Positions 41,786 to 53,154 of a stretch of 64,000 nucleotides of DNA are shown here, piece by piece. Under the pieces are notes generated by a model, which worked only from the letters and a program-made list of their open reading frames with translations, ran no database searches and was not told the DNA's origin. Origin of the DNA: Nostoc sp. (GTDB lineage Bacteria; Cyanobacteriota; Cyanobacteriia; Cyanobacteriales; Nostocaceae); assembly GCA_036918135.1 (NCBI GenBank), contig JBALDB010000002.1, positions 224,001-288,000 of the forward strand, read 5' to 3'. The position numbers were made by a program, and so were the translations under genes. How positions within the stretch are numbered: position 1 is the stretch's first letter; every line of letters starts with the position of its first letter.

Positions 41786-42406
41786 CTGTCTTTACAATTT
41801 ATTAGTGTCCCTACAGTTAATTCTCAACCGCCCGCAGGTTTAATTGTCACTTTGCATGGTTGGGGTGCTAATGCTGAGGATGTAGCATCTTTGTTGCCTT
41901 TGCTCGACTTAGGTAATTACCAGTTTGTATTACCTAATGCACCTTTTCCTCATCCTTATTCCTCTGTAGGGAGGGCATGGTATGAGTTGAGGGGAGAGAA
42001 TATGTATCAAGGGTTAAAAGAAAGTCGGCAACTGCTAACAGACTTTTTGCAATCTTTAGAGAGCAGTACTGGCGTGCCTTTGTCACGGACTATTTTGAGC
42101 GGATTTTCTCAAGGTGGGGCAATGACTTTAGATGTCGGCTCGAAATTGCCTCTAGCAGGTTTAGTTGTGATGAGCGGGTATTTACATCCTGATGCACTAA
42201 CAGCAGTTAAAGGTGGAATTCCCCCAATTTTAATTACTCACGGCAGATATGATGAAGTTGTGCCCCTAAAAGCCGCGTGGAAAGCACGAGATACTGTAGA
42301 GTCTTTAGGAGTGGCAGTAGAATATCACGAATTTGACACCGGGCATGGAATAGATCCACAAACGTTAAAGGTGCTACGCAACTTCGTTGTGAATACAATT
42401 AGTTAG
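41786..42406 (+). CDS. Phospholipase/carboxylesterase (alpha/beta hydrolase), probable CTG start
   Basis: LHGWGAN, GFSQGG, HG..D.VVP, GH.I; AGGAG RBS 7 nt before CTG 41786; in-frame stop at 41765. Confidence 0.85.
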   Translation: MSLQFISVPTVNSQPPAGLIVTLHGWGANAEDVASLLPLLDLGNYQFVLPNAPFPHPYSSVGRAWYELRGENMYQGLKESRQLLTDFLQSLESSTGVPLSRTILSGFSQGGAMTLDVGSKLPLAGLVVMSGYLHPDALTAVKGGIPPILITHGRYDEVVPLKAAWKARDTVESLGVAVEYHEFDTGHGIDPQTLKVLRNFVVNTIS

Positions 42407-42560
42407 TCAAGATTACGATTTTTTTATAAATTATGGTATAAATGCGAAGAAATTTCACGAAATTAATGGCCTCTAATGATTAATATATATTGGGTGGCTG
42501 CGTTGAGCGCAACTTAACCCATGCTGAAGGCGAATGCTGCATAAGGGAGGGGCAAGCATT

Positions 42561-42773
42561 ATGACAACTCTAAGCATTTCCAGGAAAGAAATTGCTGCCA
42601 TGACTACGGCAGATGTAGAACAGCTAGCTACACGTTTAGAACTAGATAACTACAGTAATGCTTTTGAGGGTTTAAATGATTGGCATCTACTGCGAGCGAT
42701 CGCATTTCAGCGTCCAGAGTTAGTCGAACCCTACATTTATCTGTTAGACTTGGAACCCTACGATGAAGCGTAG
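42561..42773 (+). CDS. isiD: DUF2555 / IsiD-like small protein
   Basis: LA.RLE.D.Y...FEGL.DWHLLRAIAFQRPEL; immediately upstream of coaBC. Confidence 0.7.
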   Translation: MTTLSISRKEIAAMTTADVEQLATRLELDNYSNAFEGLNDWHLLRAIAFQRPELVEPYIYLLDLEPYDEA

Positions 42774-42894
42774 TTGAGAGTAGAGACGTGATTAATCGTT
42801 GTAGAGACGCGATTAACCCTTGTCTGTTAGGAGTTGAATATTAATATTAGTAACTACTTGCTCTTAAGTTACTACTAACTCCTAACTTTTTACC

Positions 42895-44106
42895 ATGACT
42901 AATCCAAAATTAAACAGGGTTTTAGTTGCTATAGGTGGCGGTATCGCCGCCTACAAAATCTGCGACCTGATTTCAAAGCTGTTTCAAACTGGCGTGGAAG
43001 TGCGAGTCATCCTCACCCGTTCGGCGCAAGAATTTATCACGCCTCTGACTGTAGCAACCCTGTCTCGCCATCAAGCATACACAGATGATGATTTCTGGCA
43101 ACCAACTTACTCTCGCCCCTTGCATATTGAGTTGGGCGAATGGGCAGATGTTATAGTAATTGCTCCCTTAACGGCTAATACATTAGCAAAGTTAGCCTAC
43201 GGCATGGCTGATAATTTACTCACAAACACCGTGCTGGCTTCTACTTGTCCGGTGCTGTTAGCACCAGCAATGAATACGGATATGTGGGAACAATTATCAG
43301 TGCAACGAAATTGGCAACAGCTATTAATCGATAGCCGATATCATGGCATGAATACAGCATCAGGTTTATTAGCGTGCGATCGCGTCGGTGCTGGTAGGAT
43401 GGCAGAACCTCCAGAAATTTTGACCTACATCCAATCGCTGTTACACACCCAAGGCAAACGAGATTTGGTAGGTAAACGAGTGTTGATTAGTGCTGGCGGA
43501 ACGCGAGAGCATCTTGACCCAGTGAGATTTATTGGCAATCCTTCCACAGGTAAAATGGGATTGGCGCTATCCCAGGCAGCACTCCACCGAGGGGCAAGAG
43601 TGACTCTGGTGCATACTCCAGCTAATTGGGAAGCACCATTGGGAGTACAAGCAATTTCCGTCATTAGTGCAGACCAAATGCACCACGCTCTGCTGGAATA
43701 TCTAGCCAACGCTGATATCATTGTTATGTCAGCAGCAGTGGCAGATGTCAAGCCGAGAGATTATAGTTCAGAAAAATTGCCTAAGCGATCGCTTCCCCAA
43801 GCTTTACCCTTGGAACCCGTAGCTGATATAATTACCCAAATAGCAGAACTCAAACAGTCGCATCAAATATTAATTGGTTTTGCTGCACAAACTGGGGATA
43901 TTGTCAATCCTGCGTTAGAAAAATTACAGAAAAAAAAATTAGATGCGATTGTTGCTAATCCCATCGATCGGGTTGATAGTGGTTTTGGCAGCGATCGTAA
44001 TCAAGCGATATTTTTAGATAACCAAGGACATCAAGTAGAAATTGCACCTTGTTCTAAATTAGAAATGGGGCATCAATTATTTGATTTTGTGATTAGCAAA
44101 TTTTAG
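42895..44106 (+). CDS. coaBC: Phosphopantothenoylcysteine decarboxylase/ligase
   Basis: [40 protein letters not shown]. Confidence 0.96.
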   Translation: MTNPKLNRVLVAIGGGIAAYKICDLISKLFQTGVEVRVILTRSAQEFITPLTVATLSRHQAYTDDDFWQPTYSRPLHIELGEWADVIVIAPLTANTLAKLAYGMADNLLTNTVLASTCPVLLAPAMNTDMWEQLSVQRNWQQLLIDSRYHGMNTASGLLACDRVGAGRMAEPPEILTYIQSLLHTQGKRDLVGKRVLISAGGTREHLDPVRFIGNPSTGKMGLALSQAALHRGARVTLVHTPANWEAPLGVQAISVISADQMHHALLEYLANADIIVMSAAVADVKPRDYSSEKLPKRSLPQALPLEPVADIITQIAELKQSHQILIGFAAQTGDIVNPALEKLQKKKLDAIVANPIDRVDSGFGSDRNQAIFLDNQGHQVEIAPCSKLEMGHQLFDFVISKF

Positions 44107-44216
44107 ATTTTCAATTTTGCCAAAAGTCAAAAACTTAGGCATTCCTATATCAAAACTTTCTAAGACAGATTATGGATTAGAATATGAAACTTAAAATAAA
44201 GGTCTGTTAAACTCTT

Positions 44217-44364
44217 ATACCAATTAAATTAATGATTGCAACACATCCTTGGTTCAAGACGCGACGCCAGTCGCTACAACGGGGGGAAAATACGCAACGC
44301 GCTGGCTCATGAATCGCGTCTCTACAAATGGTCTATTTGTCACATTCTTTTTTCAAATTGGTAT
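44217..44364. repeat. Nested repeat element (ATACCAATT termini enclosing an AGACGCGA...TCGCGTCT palindrome split by a GC-rich insert)
   Basis: Inverted ends at 44217 and 44364; inner inverted arms at 44257-44264 and 44314-44321. Confidence 0.55.
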
Positions 44365-44635
44365 TACTCTGTGCGTCTTTGCAACTCTGTGTGAGACAAA
44401 TTATACAGCAGTTTGCAAATAAATGAGGTACACAACTGGAGAATTCAATATAGAAATTATTCTTTTCCCTCCTGCCCTCTGCCGACGCTCGCGGACTCGC
44501 TAACGCTGCGCTATCCTGCCTCCTGCCTCAAAACCATTAACTCTGTACTTCATGCAAATCAAAACTGCTGTATATCTTGCAGCAACACCCTAAAAAACTA
44601 ACAAAATCATTCCGCTTTCTGTGCAACGCTGAAAA

Positions 44636-45409
44636 ATGAAACTAGCAACCTCACCATCCACTTGGCGTTTGATCCCAATGCTTCAAATATCAGGAGGAGT
44701 ACAAATGGCGATTGACGCTTGGTTGTTCAACCAATGTGAAAACGGACAGCATCCGCCTACCTTACGTTTTTATACCTGGTGTCCCCCTGCGCTTTCCTTG
44801 GGACATCTACAAAAACAGTGGCCTGCCCAGTGGCATAATCTGATTTACCAAGGACAAACACTCGATTTAGTTCGTCGGCCAACGGGAGGTAGAGCTGTTC
44901 TCCACCAAGGAGACTTAACTTACGCTCTGATTACCTCAGCTAGTACTGCAAAAAGTTGGGCTACTTATGAAAACATCTGTAACTATTTGATCCAAGGCTG
45001 GCAAAGGTTAGGTATTGAGTTACATTATGGTTCTGCTGCACGGGGTTACATTCACAATCCTAGTTGTTTTAATACAGCAACAGCAGCCGACTTAGTTACC
45101 ACCGACGGAAGTAAATTTATTGGTAGTGCCCAACGCAAGGGAAGAAATACTATTCTTCAACACGGCTCGATGATTTTATCTACAGACAAAGGTCTATTTG
45201 AAGAAATCTTTGAACAATCGGCTCCTTGGAATACCTCGCTTTGTAACACACGAGAACAGGATAGTTGGATTGTCAAGATTGTCGATACACTGACAGAGAC
45301 CGCCAAACAGTACTTTGGTATAGAATTGGTCACGCAACCATTCACAGAGCGAGAATGGCAGGATATTTTAAAATTGCGATCGCTTTATGAAGTGCGAATG
45401 CCAAGCTAG
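44636..45409 (+). CDS. Lipoate-protein ligase A / LipM family protein
   Basis: MAID, LRFY.W.P.ALSLG, RRPTGGRAVLH, K..GSAQ, LQHGS. Confidence 0.9.
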   Translation: MKLATSPSTWRLIPMLQISGGVQMAIDAWLFNQCENGQHPPTLRFYTWCPPALSLGHLQKQWPAQWHNLIYQGQTLDLVRRPTGGRAVLHQGDLTYALITSASTAKSWATYENICNYLIQGWQRLGIELHYGSAARGYIHNPSCFNTATAADLVTTDGSKFIGSAQRKGRNTILQHGSMILSTDKGLFEEIFEQSAPWNTSLCNTREQDSWIVKIVDTLTETAKQYFGIELVTQPFTEREWQDILKLRSLYEVRMPS

Positions 45410-45506
45410 ATAAATTGGGCAGAGGACGGGTGACGTTATACATTAATAAGTGTATCTGCAATACCGGACTTGTTCTGGCTCAGTTCTCAATAGCAAAGGT
45501 TTGGAG

Positions 45507-46994
45507 ATGTTTAGTTTATCAGAAACTTCTATCCTAGCGGCAATCCTACTGGTAGCTTTAGGCATTTTGGGTTGGGGCTTTTATCGCGCCAGACCTTTTG
45601 GAAAGCTAGGAATCTTAGCCTGGTTACAGTCGGTGGTGTTGATGACTCCGTGGCTACTGTTTTTTGGATTGTTTGCCACAGGGATTTACATCAACATTGC
45701 AGGTATATTGTTCTTAGTCGTGACTTCTGCTGGATTGTACATCTACTTGGGCAGCCAGTTACGCAAAGCTGGGCAAGATGACATACTCAAGCAGCGGGCA
45801 ACTCAAAGACTTGCCGTTGAGTCTGAGTCTCCACCTGAAGAAAATTCTCCACAACCAGCAGTAATAGAACTCAAACCGCAGATCCCACCGATACCCGAAG
45901 ATGACTTGAGCGCAATTAAAAGCATTTTCGGTATTGATACATTTTTCGCCACAGAAACCATTCCCTATCAGGATGGAGCGATTTTTAAAGGCAATTTGCG
46001 AGGAGAACCAGAAGAAATTCACAACCGTTTGAGCGCGAGTTTGCGAGAACGGCTTGGCGATCGCTATCGTTTGTTTTTAGTCGAAAATACTGATGGTAGA
46101 CCTGTGATGATTGTTCTACCCAGTCGCAGCGATCCGCAACCGATGCGGTTATCCCAAAAAGCTTTTGCAGGTATTCTGTTACTAGCGACCATAGCCACAA
46201 ACTTAGAAGCTGCGGGATTAGTGCTGAATTTTGATTTCTTTGCCAATCCCGGACGGTTTACAGAAGCTTTGCCTATAGGTGCTGGCATATTTACGATTTT
46301 AGTAGCTCACGAAATCGGTCATTGGTTACTGGCTCGCCGTCACAAAATCCGCCTTAGCTGGCCGTTCTTTCTACCTGCTGTGCAAATTGGCTCCTTTGGC
46401 GCAATTACCCGCTTTGAATCTCTATTACCCAACCGCAAGGTATTATTTGATATCGCTTTGGCAGGGCCGGCCGCAGGCGGTATTATTTCTTTGGTAATGC
46501 TGATTGCAGGCTTGTTGCTTTCCCACCCAGGTAGTTTATTTCAATTGCCAAATCAGTTTTTCCAAGGGTCGATTTTAGTGGGAAGCTTGGCGCGAGTTGT
46601 GCTTGGTTCTGCCTTGCAATCATCTTTGGTAAGCGTTCATCCCTTAGTGGTGATTGGTTGGTTGGGATTAGTAATTACCGCTTTGAACTTAATGCCCGCA
46701 GGACAACTAGATGGTGGTCGCATTGTCCAAGCAATTTATGGACGCAAAACCGCTGGACGCGCAACTGCGGCAACTTTAATTTTACTAGTGTTAGTGTCTC
46801 TCGGTAATGTTCTGGCTATGTACTGGGCGATCGTGATTTTCTTGTTGCAACGAGATTTAGAACGCCCCAGCCTGAATGAAATTAGCGAACCTGATGATGC
46901 CAGAGCCGCTTTAGGTCTTTTGGCTTTATTCTTAATGATTACTACACTGTTACCCCTGACTCCCGCCTTGGCTGGGCGTTTGGGTATAGGATAG
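45507..46994 (+). CDS. Site-2 (M50) intramembrane metalloprotease, EGY-like
   Basis: HEIGH zinc motif, AGP, NLMPAGQLDGG; ATG 45507 after GGAG. Confidence 0.92.
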   Translation: MFSLSETSILAAILLVALGILGWGFYRARPFGKLGILAWLQSVVLMTPWLLFFGLFATGIYINIAGILFLVVTSAGLYIYLGSQLRKAGQDDILKQRATQRLAVESESPPEENSPQPAVIELKPQIPPIPEDDLSAIKSIFGIDTFFATETIPYQDGAIFKGNLRGEPEEIHNRLSASLRERLGDRYRLFLVENTDGRPVMIVLPSRSDPQPMRLSQKAFAGILLLATIATNLEAAGLVLNFDFFANPGRFTEALPIGAGIFTILVAHEIGHWLLARRHKIRLSWPFFLPAVQIGSFGAITRFESLLPNRKVLFDIALAGPAAGGIISLVMLIAGLLLSHPGSLFQLPNQFFQGSILVGSLARVVLGSALQSSLVSVHPLVVIGWLGLVITALNLMPAGQLDGGRIVQAIYGRKTAGRATAATLILLVLVSLGNVLAMYWAIVIFLLQRDLERPSLNEISEPDDARAALGLLALFLMITTLLPLTPALAGRLGIG

Positions 46995-47317
46995 TACTCT
47001 GAGTCGAATGGTACTAAGATTCAGATGAACAGAGCTCAATGAGATATTTATTGTTAATACAAAACTTACACAAAAAAGTCGTCTGTTGAAACTGGATTAA
47101 TGGTGGTTAGGGTATAGGGATTGTAAGGGTTTTGCTTACCTACGCCCTCACATCGCTATACCCCTTGTACAAATTCTTGATTTTTCGTATTACTGCGTAA
47201 GTCCTATAATAATTGAAGTAATTGAAGCTTGTTTAAAGGTAGATAATACACAATATTCGCTTTAATTCCTATCTAAACTTAAGAGCTAGTTTGGTAGTAA
47301 CACTTAAAGATGTGCAA

Positions 47318-47346
47318 GCGATACCTACGGCAAACTTCGCGATCGC
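47318..47346. repeat. 21-nt insert in a HIP1 site (a second, 22-nt one lies at 47516-47545)
   Basis: GCGAT-[ACCTACGGCAAACTTCGCGAT]-CGC and GCGAT-[TCCTGCGGAAAGCTGACGCTAA]-CGC. Confidence 0.6.
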
Positions 47347-47605
47347 TCGTCATTCTGTAACCTTATACTACAGAATTAATATTCAAACATTTTCCCAAAA
47401 CCTGCGTAAAACTCCCCAGCTTGTTCGTAGAAGGATTTAAAGAGGTAGGGGAGGAATCACCATGTGTCGATAAAAGTCCATGTACGGTATATTTTACCGT
47501 TTATCTCGGTTGGTTGCGATTCCTGCGGAAAGCTGACGCTAACGCCATGATTTACTTTGCGATCGCGATTTCCACAAATCAAATGACCACAGTATTTATG
47601 TATCT

Positions 47606-48139
47606 ATGATGACAACAGAATACCAAACTTTCGAGGTACAGCAGGAGATGCCGATAGGTGATGAATTAGACTTGCAGTTGCGTCAGCTAGTCTACGCAGC
47701 GCAGCAGCATCCCGCAAAAAGTGCAAAACGAAGGAAAATATTAAATCAATTGATTGGCAAAATTCAAAATTCAGGGAAGTTAACAAGGTTTTACAAATAT
47801 CGATATTTGCTTAATTTTGAAGATATTTATAGCGAAGCGGAAGCAAACACCTATCTTGAAATTTGCAACACAATTGAAGATTATCGTCCAGAATATCTCG
47901 TTATGGCTTGGGTAAATCAATTATTTTATTGGCGATTTCATGATGTTAAAAGGAAGTACAGAAATCAACAATCCAAAATATTATCCCTTGATGATGAAAA
48001 TGGGGAAAAAGTAGATGCTGTTATTTCTCGACAGAGTGATAATTTGGTGGAAATAGCATTAAGTGCAGAATTAAATGAAAGATTTAGCGTTGAGATAATT
48101 TTAGATGAGTCAAAAGTTACACAGGAATTTTTAGTATGA
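47606..48139 (+). pseudogene. Chimeric ORF: sigma-70-like N-terminus fused to a DUF1822-like C-terminal tail
   Basis: L..LV..AQQHP..S..R...L..LI...Y.EA...T.LEIC..I..Y.P...VM.WVN, then DE.G.......R..DN......ERFSV.I.L....V.QEF. Confidence 0.6.
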
Positions 48140-48368
48140 TTTTGTAGAGCGTGTTAATGCCGAAAGTACGCTATCTAAATTATGTATTTTGGGTGCGTTG
48201 AGCAGATTCGTCTTAATACACCTAGATTTTATATTTTTCAGGTTGAGCTAATGAGCTAACTACTATATATTTGGGACATTAACAAGTCTTAAAAACTCAT
48301 CCTGCTATTTAAATTATCTGCTTATTGAGCAGGAAATTATATCAAAAATATATAAAATTGTATTAACT

Positions 48369-50000
48369 ATGAAAAAGCTAGTCATTCTAAAATTTTATGG
48401 CAATTTTGAATTAGGATTTGAAGTAAATTCAGAATTTTAAAATGAAAGCGATCGCGGCGTTTATCGAACAGTTACAGCTAAGTTGCCTCAAAATATTAGT
48501 ATTTTTGAATTCTTGACTAAGTTTCACAAGACATATTGTAGTCGATACGGTAAATTTAGGATTAAATCTAAGGGAAGTATTGGTGTCAATATTGAATCTT
48601 TAAATCAAGAATGTAGAGACCAATCAAAAAATTTACTTGATAGCTTTAATCAATGGTTAAAATCACCGTATTTTAGTTCTATTGTCAATTTCATTAAAAA
48701 ATTAGATACCCAAGATGAAGTCAGAATAATTATTACAACATCTTGCCATGAATTACGTCAGCTTCCCTGGCATTTGTGGGATATTTTAAGAGACTTTCCA
48801 TTAGTAGAAGTGGCTTTAAGTTCGCCTGATGCTGAACGTGGGGAAAGACCTTACAGAGAAAAGATTAGGATTTTAATTATTTTAGGCGATCGCACCGGAA
48901 TTAACATAGACAAAGATAAACAATATTTGCAAAGTTTCTGTGGCAATGATGCCGAAATTATTTTAATCGATAACCCATCTCGTGAAAACTTAAATCATTA
49001 CCTGCAAGATAATCTGGGGTGGGATATGTTGTTTTTCTCTGGACATTCCCAAACTCAAGGAATGCAGGGAAGGATTTATTTAAATGACAGTGATAGTTTG
49101 ACGATGGCAGAATTAAGAGATGCTTTGCAAGTAGTGATTAAAAGACGATTGCAAATAGCGTTTTTTAATTCTTGCGATGGTTTAGGAATTGCTTACGAAT
49201 TAGAACAATTGTATATTCCGCAAGTGATTGTCATGCGCGAACCTGTACCTGATAAAGTAGCGCAGGAGTTTTTAAAGTATTTCCTCCAACAGTTTACTAG
49301 TGGGAAGTCTCTATATATTTCTGTCAAAAATGCGCGGTTGGAGTTAGAAAAACTTGAAGAGGAATTTCCTTGTGCTAGTTGGCTTCCTGTAATTGTCCAA
49401 AATCAGACAGAAACTCCACCGACTTGGCAAAGTTTGGGGATAATTTCTTTCTGTCCCTACCAAGGTTTAGAGAAATTTACAGAAGAAAAGGCAGAGTATT
49501 TTTTTGGCAGAAATCAGGCGACTTCTGGATTAGTTGCTGCTGTTAATAATAGACCTTTGGTTGCCGTTATTGGTGCCTCGGGAAGTGGGAAGTCATCGCT
49601 GGTGTTTGCTGGGTTAATTCCTCAGTTGCATAGGGATACTGTTAATAATTGGTTGATTCTATCGTTTCGGCCGGGGAAAATCCTTTTGAATCTTTGGCTG
49701 TGGCGTTAGTTTCGGCGTTAAATTTACTGGAAGATAAGCGACGTTTGGTAGAATTGGAAGTTGGTGTAAAATTGAAAGGCGATCGCTCCACGCTGCAAAA
49801 TTTGATCGCAGACTTAACTCATGGCGATCGCCTTGGTGAAGACGTGACGCGAGTGCTGTTGATAGCAGACCAATTTGAAGAAATTTATACCCTTTGTACG
49901 GAATCTGAAGAACGCAAAACTTTCTTAGATAGTTTGCTGCAAGCGGTAAACAATGCACCGTTTTTGACGCTGGTGCTAACCTTGCGGGCAGATTTTTTAA
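48369..50000 (+). pseudogene. Broken CHAT + STAND NTPase gene
   Basis: ATG 48369 (MKKLVILKF), in-frame TAA at 48438; FSGHS/FNSCDG CHAT motifs; CPYQGL, GASGSGKSS; frameshift near 49675; DQFEE, LTLRADF, then truncated. Confidence 0.85.
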
Positions 50001-50148
50001 GTCTAGCAAGGGTTTCATCTTTACAAGTGTGCCATTTACCCCTACACCCTTACACCCAGAAGCCTTATGAACTATGGATTTGCCGAAAATATGTGTGCCA
50101 TTCGACGTTACGGTGCGACAGAGTTCTTTAGGTAGAGGTGAAGCCCTC

Positions 50149-50775
50149 TCAGCGAAGCCGACGCACAAAGTGGAGATCGAGCCCGGATAAAGGAGCGCCA
50201 ACTTCGTGCATAGCACCGCCTACGGCAAGCGACCCAAGATCGATCGCGACGAATCCAGTGCTGTCGATCAAGTCGATGACCAGCTGTTTTGCTTCGGTGT
50301 CGTCGCCGGATGTGAAGATAACGGTACGGGGTTTGTTCGGCGAAAAGTCCTGTATCCATTCCATCGGTATGTTGCTGATCGATTTGACAAGCCTTGCGCC
50401 GACCGCCATCTCAGCAACTATCTCGCTTGAGGTACGCCCCTTCAATGCCGCCCGCGATCTGGTAACGCCAGCCAGACTGATGTCTGGAACAGGGTCCATA
50501 TGCGCGTTCGTCGCGTCAATCAGGATGCGGCCTCGCCAATCAATGCCTTTGAGAGCATCAGCCACACTAACCCACCTCGTGGCAAGAATGACGACATCGC
50601 ATTCGGCTGCCTGCTGCTTCGTCCCTGCGGTCACGCCTGAACCAAGATCGGCGACAAAATCAGCCAGTGTCTCCGGACCTCTGGAATTGGATACAACGAT
50701 GGTGTGACCAGCGCTTATCAAGTGACGGCCGAATGTGCCTGTTACGGTTCCGGCTCCTATGAAACCTATTTTCAT
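50149..50775 (-). CDS. NADPH-dependent F420 reductase-like oxidoreductase
   Basis: MKIGFIGAG, NSRGPE, IDATN, SGDD..AK; ATG 50775. Confidence 0.85.
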   Translation of the reverse strand: MKIGFIGAGTVTGTFGRHLISAGHTIVVSNSRGPETLADFVADLGSGVTAGTKQQAAECDVVILATRWVSVADALKGIDWRGRILIDATNAHMDPVPDISLAGVTRSRAALKGRTSSEIVAEMAVGARLVKSISNIPMEWIQDFSPNKPRTVIFTSGDDTEAKQLVIDLIDSTGFVAIDLGSLAVGGAMHEVGAPLSGLDLHFVRRLR

Positions 50776-50836
50776 AACATATGTCCTAGCTCGGTTGGAT
50801 TTGCGAAAGAGTATGCACTTGAACTGACTGCTGCAA

Positions 50837-51445
50837 TCAGCCCAGTTTAGCCAGATTCTGAAACAGAAGAGCGCCAGGGCGACCGCCCAGAACGTGAAGG
50901 AGTACGCCGCCTCGATCGAGCCTTCCGAGTTCGATTGGAGCGAAACCAAGCTGAGTCGCCACGGCCCCAACAGCTGCGCTAGCGTCTGCATCATTGCTAG
51001 ATACGAAGATCGCCTGTCGCTGCCCCTTTACGGCAGGATTGGTTCCCAACTGTTTCGCAGGCAAGTGATTGAAGGCCTTAACTAAGCGCGCGCCGACAAA
51101 CGCCTTCTCCACAACTTCGGAAGAAAGTAGCCCTCCTAGCTCCTTCCGCTCCTCCGGAGAAAGATCAAGGGTATTCATAGCGTCGACAACGATCTTGCCG
51201 TCCCACTGCTTGAATTGCTTCGCTACATCCTTGTAAGCGGGAAAGGGGACAGCAAGGAAAATCATCTCAGCCTTATAAGCGTCTTGAAGGGATTGGGGAA
51301 CGACGCTCGAACCGAGCTCTTTTGCCAAAGACGCAAGCGTTGCTGGTCCACGGGAGTTTGCGATTGCGACTTCGATGTTCTTGTGTGCAAACAGGCGTGC
51401 AAGAGCGGTACCGATCTGGCCGGAACCAATAATGGCGTATTTCAT
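50837..51445 (-). CDS. NADPH-dependent F420 reductase-like oxidoreductase
   Basis: IIGSGQIG, NSRGP, VDAMN, VKAFNH. Confidence 0.85.
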   Translation of the reverse strand: MKYAIIGSGQIGTALARLFAHKNIEVAIANSRGPATLASLAKELGSSVVPQSLQDAYKAEMIFLAVPFPAYKDVAKQFKQWDGKIVVDAMNTLDLSPEERKELGGLLSSEVVEKAFVGARLVKAFNHLPAKQLGTNPAVKGQRQAIFVSSNDADASAAVGAVATQLGFAPIELGRLDRGGVLLHVLGGRPGALLFQNLAKLG

Positions 51446-51553
51446 AGAGAATCTCCTTTAAGTAAATTGTTGAGAGAACTGTTTTCAGACCTAACACAGA
51501 GCGCAGGCCCTGTCCTTCATCCTCTACTGCTCGCCGGACCTCGTCCTCGGCCC

Positions 51554-52303
51554 TTAGACTTGGCCGATGCCCCCGTCGTCCATCAGATCCGCACCTGTCA
51601 TGTAGGAACTCTGGTCGGACGCCAAAAAGACTGCCGCGCTAGCGAGCTCCTCGGCGCGAGCAAGTCGGCCGAGCGGGATCATGTTCAGGTACATGTTCAC
51701 CAGAGACTCGCGCTCTTCAGGGGTTGACGACTGAGAGTCGAGAATCGGGGTGTCAGTTACACCAGGGCTGAGCGTGTTGACGCGGATGCCGCGACCCTTG
51801 AATTCCGCAGCCCAGGTACGGGCATAAGAACGCAATGCTGCCTTGGTCGCCGCGTAGGCAGTATGGCCAGGAATGCCCATGACGTGCATGGCCGACCCGA
51901 CCAAAACGATCGACCCACCACCGATCATCAGCGGCAGCAGCTTCTGCACCAGGAAGACGGGGGCTTTGGCGTTGAGGTTGAATGTCTTGTCGAAATGATC
52001 GGGTGTGAGGGAGTCGATCAAAGCCTGCTCCGTCAAGCCCGCGTTCGACACGATGATGTCGACGATACCCTTTTGGGCCCTTATTGCCGCAGCCATACGG
52101 TCGAGGTCATCAAGGTTCGTGACATCTCCCTGAATGGCCGTCACATTCTTTGCGATCAGCGCTGTCGCCTTATCCAACTCCGCTTGGCGACGCCCTGTGA
52201 TGAAAACATAGGCCCCTTCCTTTACAAAGCGCTTAGCCGTAGCCAAGCCGATCCCACTGTTACCTCCTGTGATGACAGCTACCTTGCCTTCAAGTGCACC
52301 CAT
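51554..52303 (-). CDS. SDR oxidoreductase
   Basis: TGGNSGIG, NAG, YAATK, SPG.T.T. Confidence 0.92.
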   Translation of the reverse strand: MGALEGKVAVITGGNSGIGLATAKRFVKEGAYVFITGRRQAELDKATALIAKNVTAIQGDVTNLDDLDRMAAAIRAQKGIVDIIVSNAGLTEQALIDSLTPDHFDKTFNLNAKAPVFLVQKLLPLMIGGGSIVLVGSAMHVMGIPGHTAYAATKAALRSYARTWAAEFKGRGIRVNTLSPGVTDTPILDSQSSTPEERESLVNMYLNMIPLGRLARAEELASAAVFLASDQSSYMTGADLMDDGGIGQV

Positions 52304-52341
52304 AGACTTCTCCTTCGATCATTCCTATCATATATTATATA

Positions 52342-52357
52342 TGGAACAATCATTACA
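52342..52357. promoter_or_regulatory. Candidate TetR operator
   Basis: Imperfect palindrome TGGAACAATCATTACA between the divergent SDR and tetR genes. Confidence 0.4.
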
Positions 52358-52536
52358 GATGTAGTGCGAGGCGGAACGGATTCAAGATTTTGGACTCTAA
52401 TAGCGGTTCTTAATCGGAAGCAATACAGTAGCAGCAGTGAGTAAACCAGTTAATAATGTCCTGGATGGTGATGGCATCAAGAGCATCAGTGATTGCTCGA
52501 TCGAGCTGTGCAGATGAGAATTGCTATAATAGGGGC

Positions 52537-53154
52537 GTGGCGAGCAAAAGCAAGAAAACAGGGAACGGAAAGACTGGACGACCGATCGGCTTCGATAAGG
52601 ACGCAGCCTTAGAGGCCGCAATGCTACTTTTTTGGGAGCGGGGCTTTGAAGGCACTTCTATGGCCGACCTTATACAGGCGATGGGCCTCAATCCCTCAAG
52701 CATCTATGCAGCCTTCGGTGACAAGCACGCCTTGTTCTCACTTGCAGTGAAGCGCTATTTGGAAAGTCGAGTGCAGTACGCAACGGAAGCGTTGAAGGAG
52801 CCGACTCTCGAAAAGGTTATCCGCGCGCTCTTCGACAATACGGTTGCGTTCCTCACCACACCTGGCCATCCGCCGACCTGTATGACGCTGGTGGGGGCGA
52901 TGGGTTGCAGTGTAGACGCTACCCCTGCCAGAGATCTGATGACGGAAATACGGAGACAAAACGAAGTCGCCATCAGGGAGCGCCTTCTCGAAGCTCGAAA
53001 AAGCGGAGAGTTGTCGAAGGAGATCGATGTGGACGACTACACTCGGTATCTCTCAACGATACTCGCCGGTCTCTCTATTCAAGCAGCGAACGGTTCGACG
53101 AAGGCTGAACTGAAGCGGACTTCCCAGATGGCCCTTCGGCATCTGGGTTACTGA
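52537..53154 (+). CDS. TetR/AcrR family regulator
   Basis: GRP..FD...AL..A..LFW.RGFEGTS..DL...MGL..SSIY.AFGDK; probable GTG start at 52537. Confidence 0.92.
   Translation: MASKSKKTGNGKTGRPIGFDKDAALEAAMLLFWERGFEGTSMADLIQAMGLNPSSIYAAFGDKHALFSLAVKRYLESRVQYATEALKEPTLEKVIRALFDNTVAFLTTPGHPPTCMTLVGAMGCSVDATPARDLMTEIRRQNEVAIRERLLEARKSGELSKEIDVDDYTRYLSTILAGLSIQAANGSTKAELKRTSQMALRHLGY

Noticed and set aside
50776..50994. N-terminal extension of the 281-aa ORF and the many overlapping ORFs in 49.6-53.1 kb
   Set aside because: They overlap real genes; high GC yields spurious shadow ORFs
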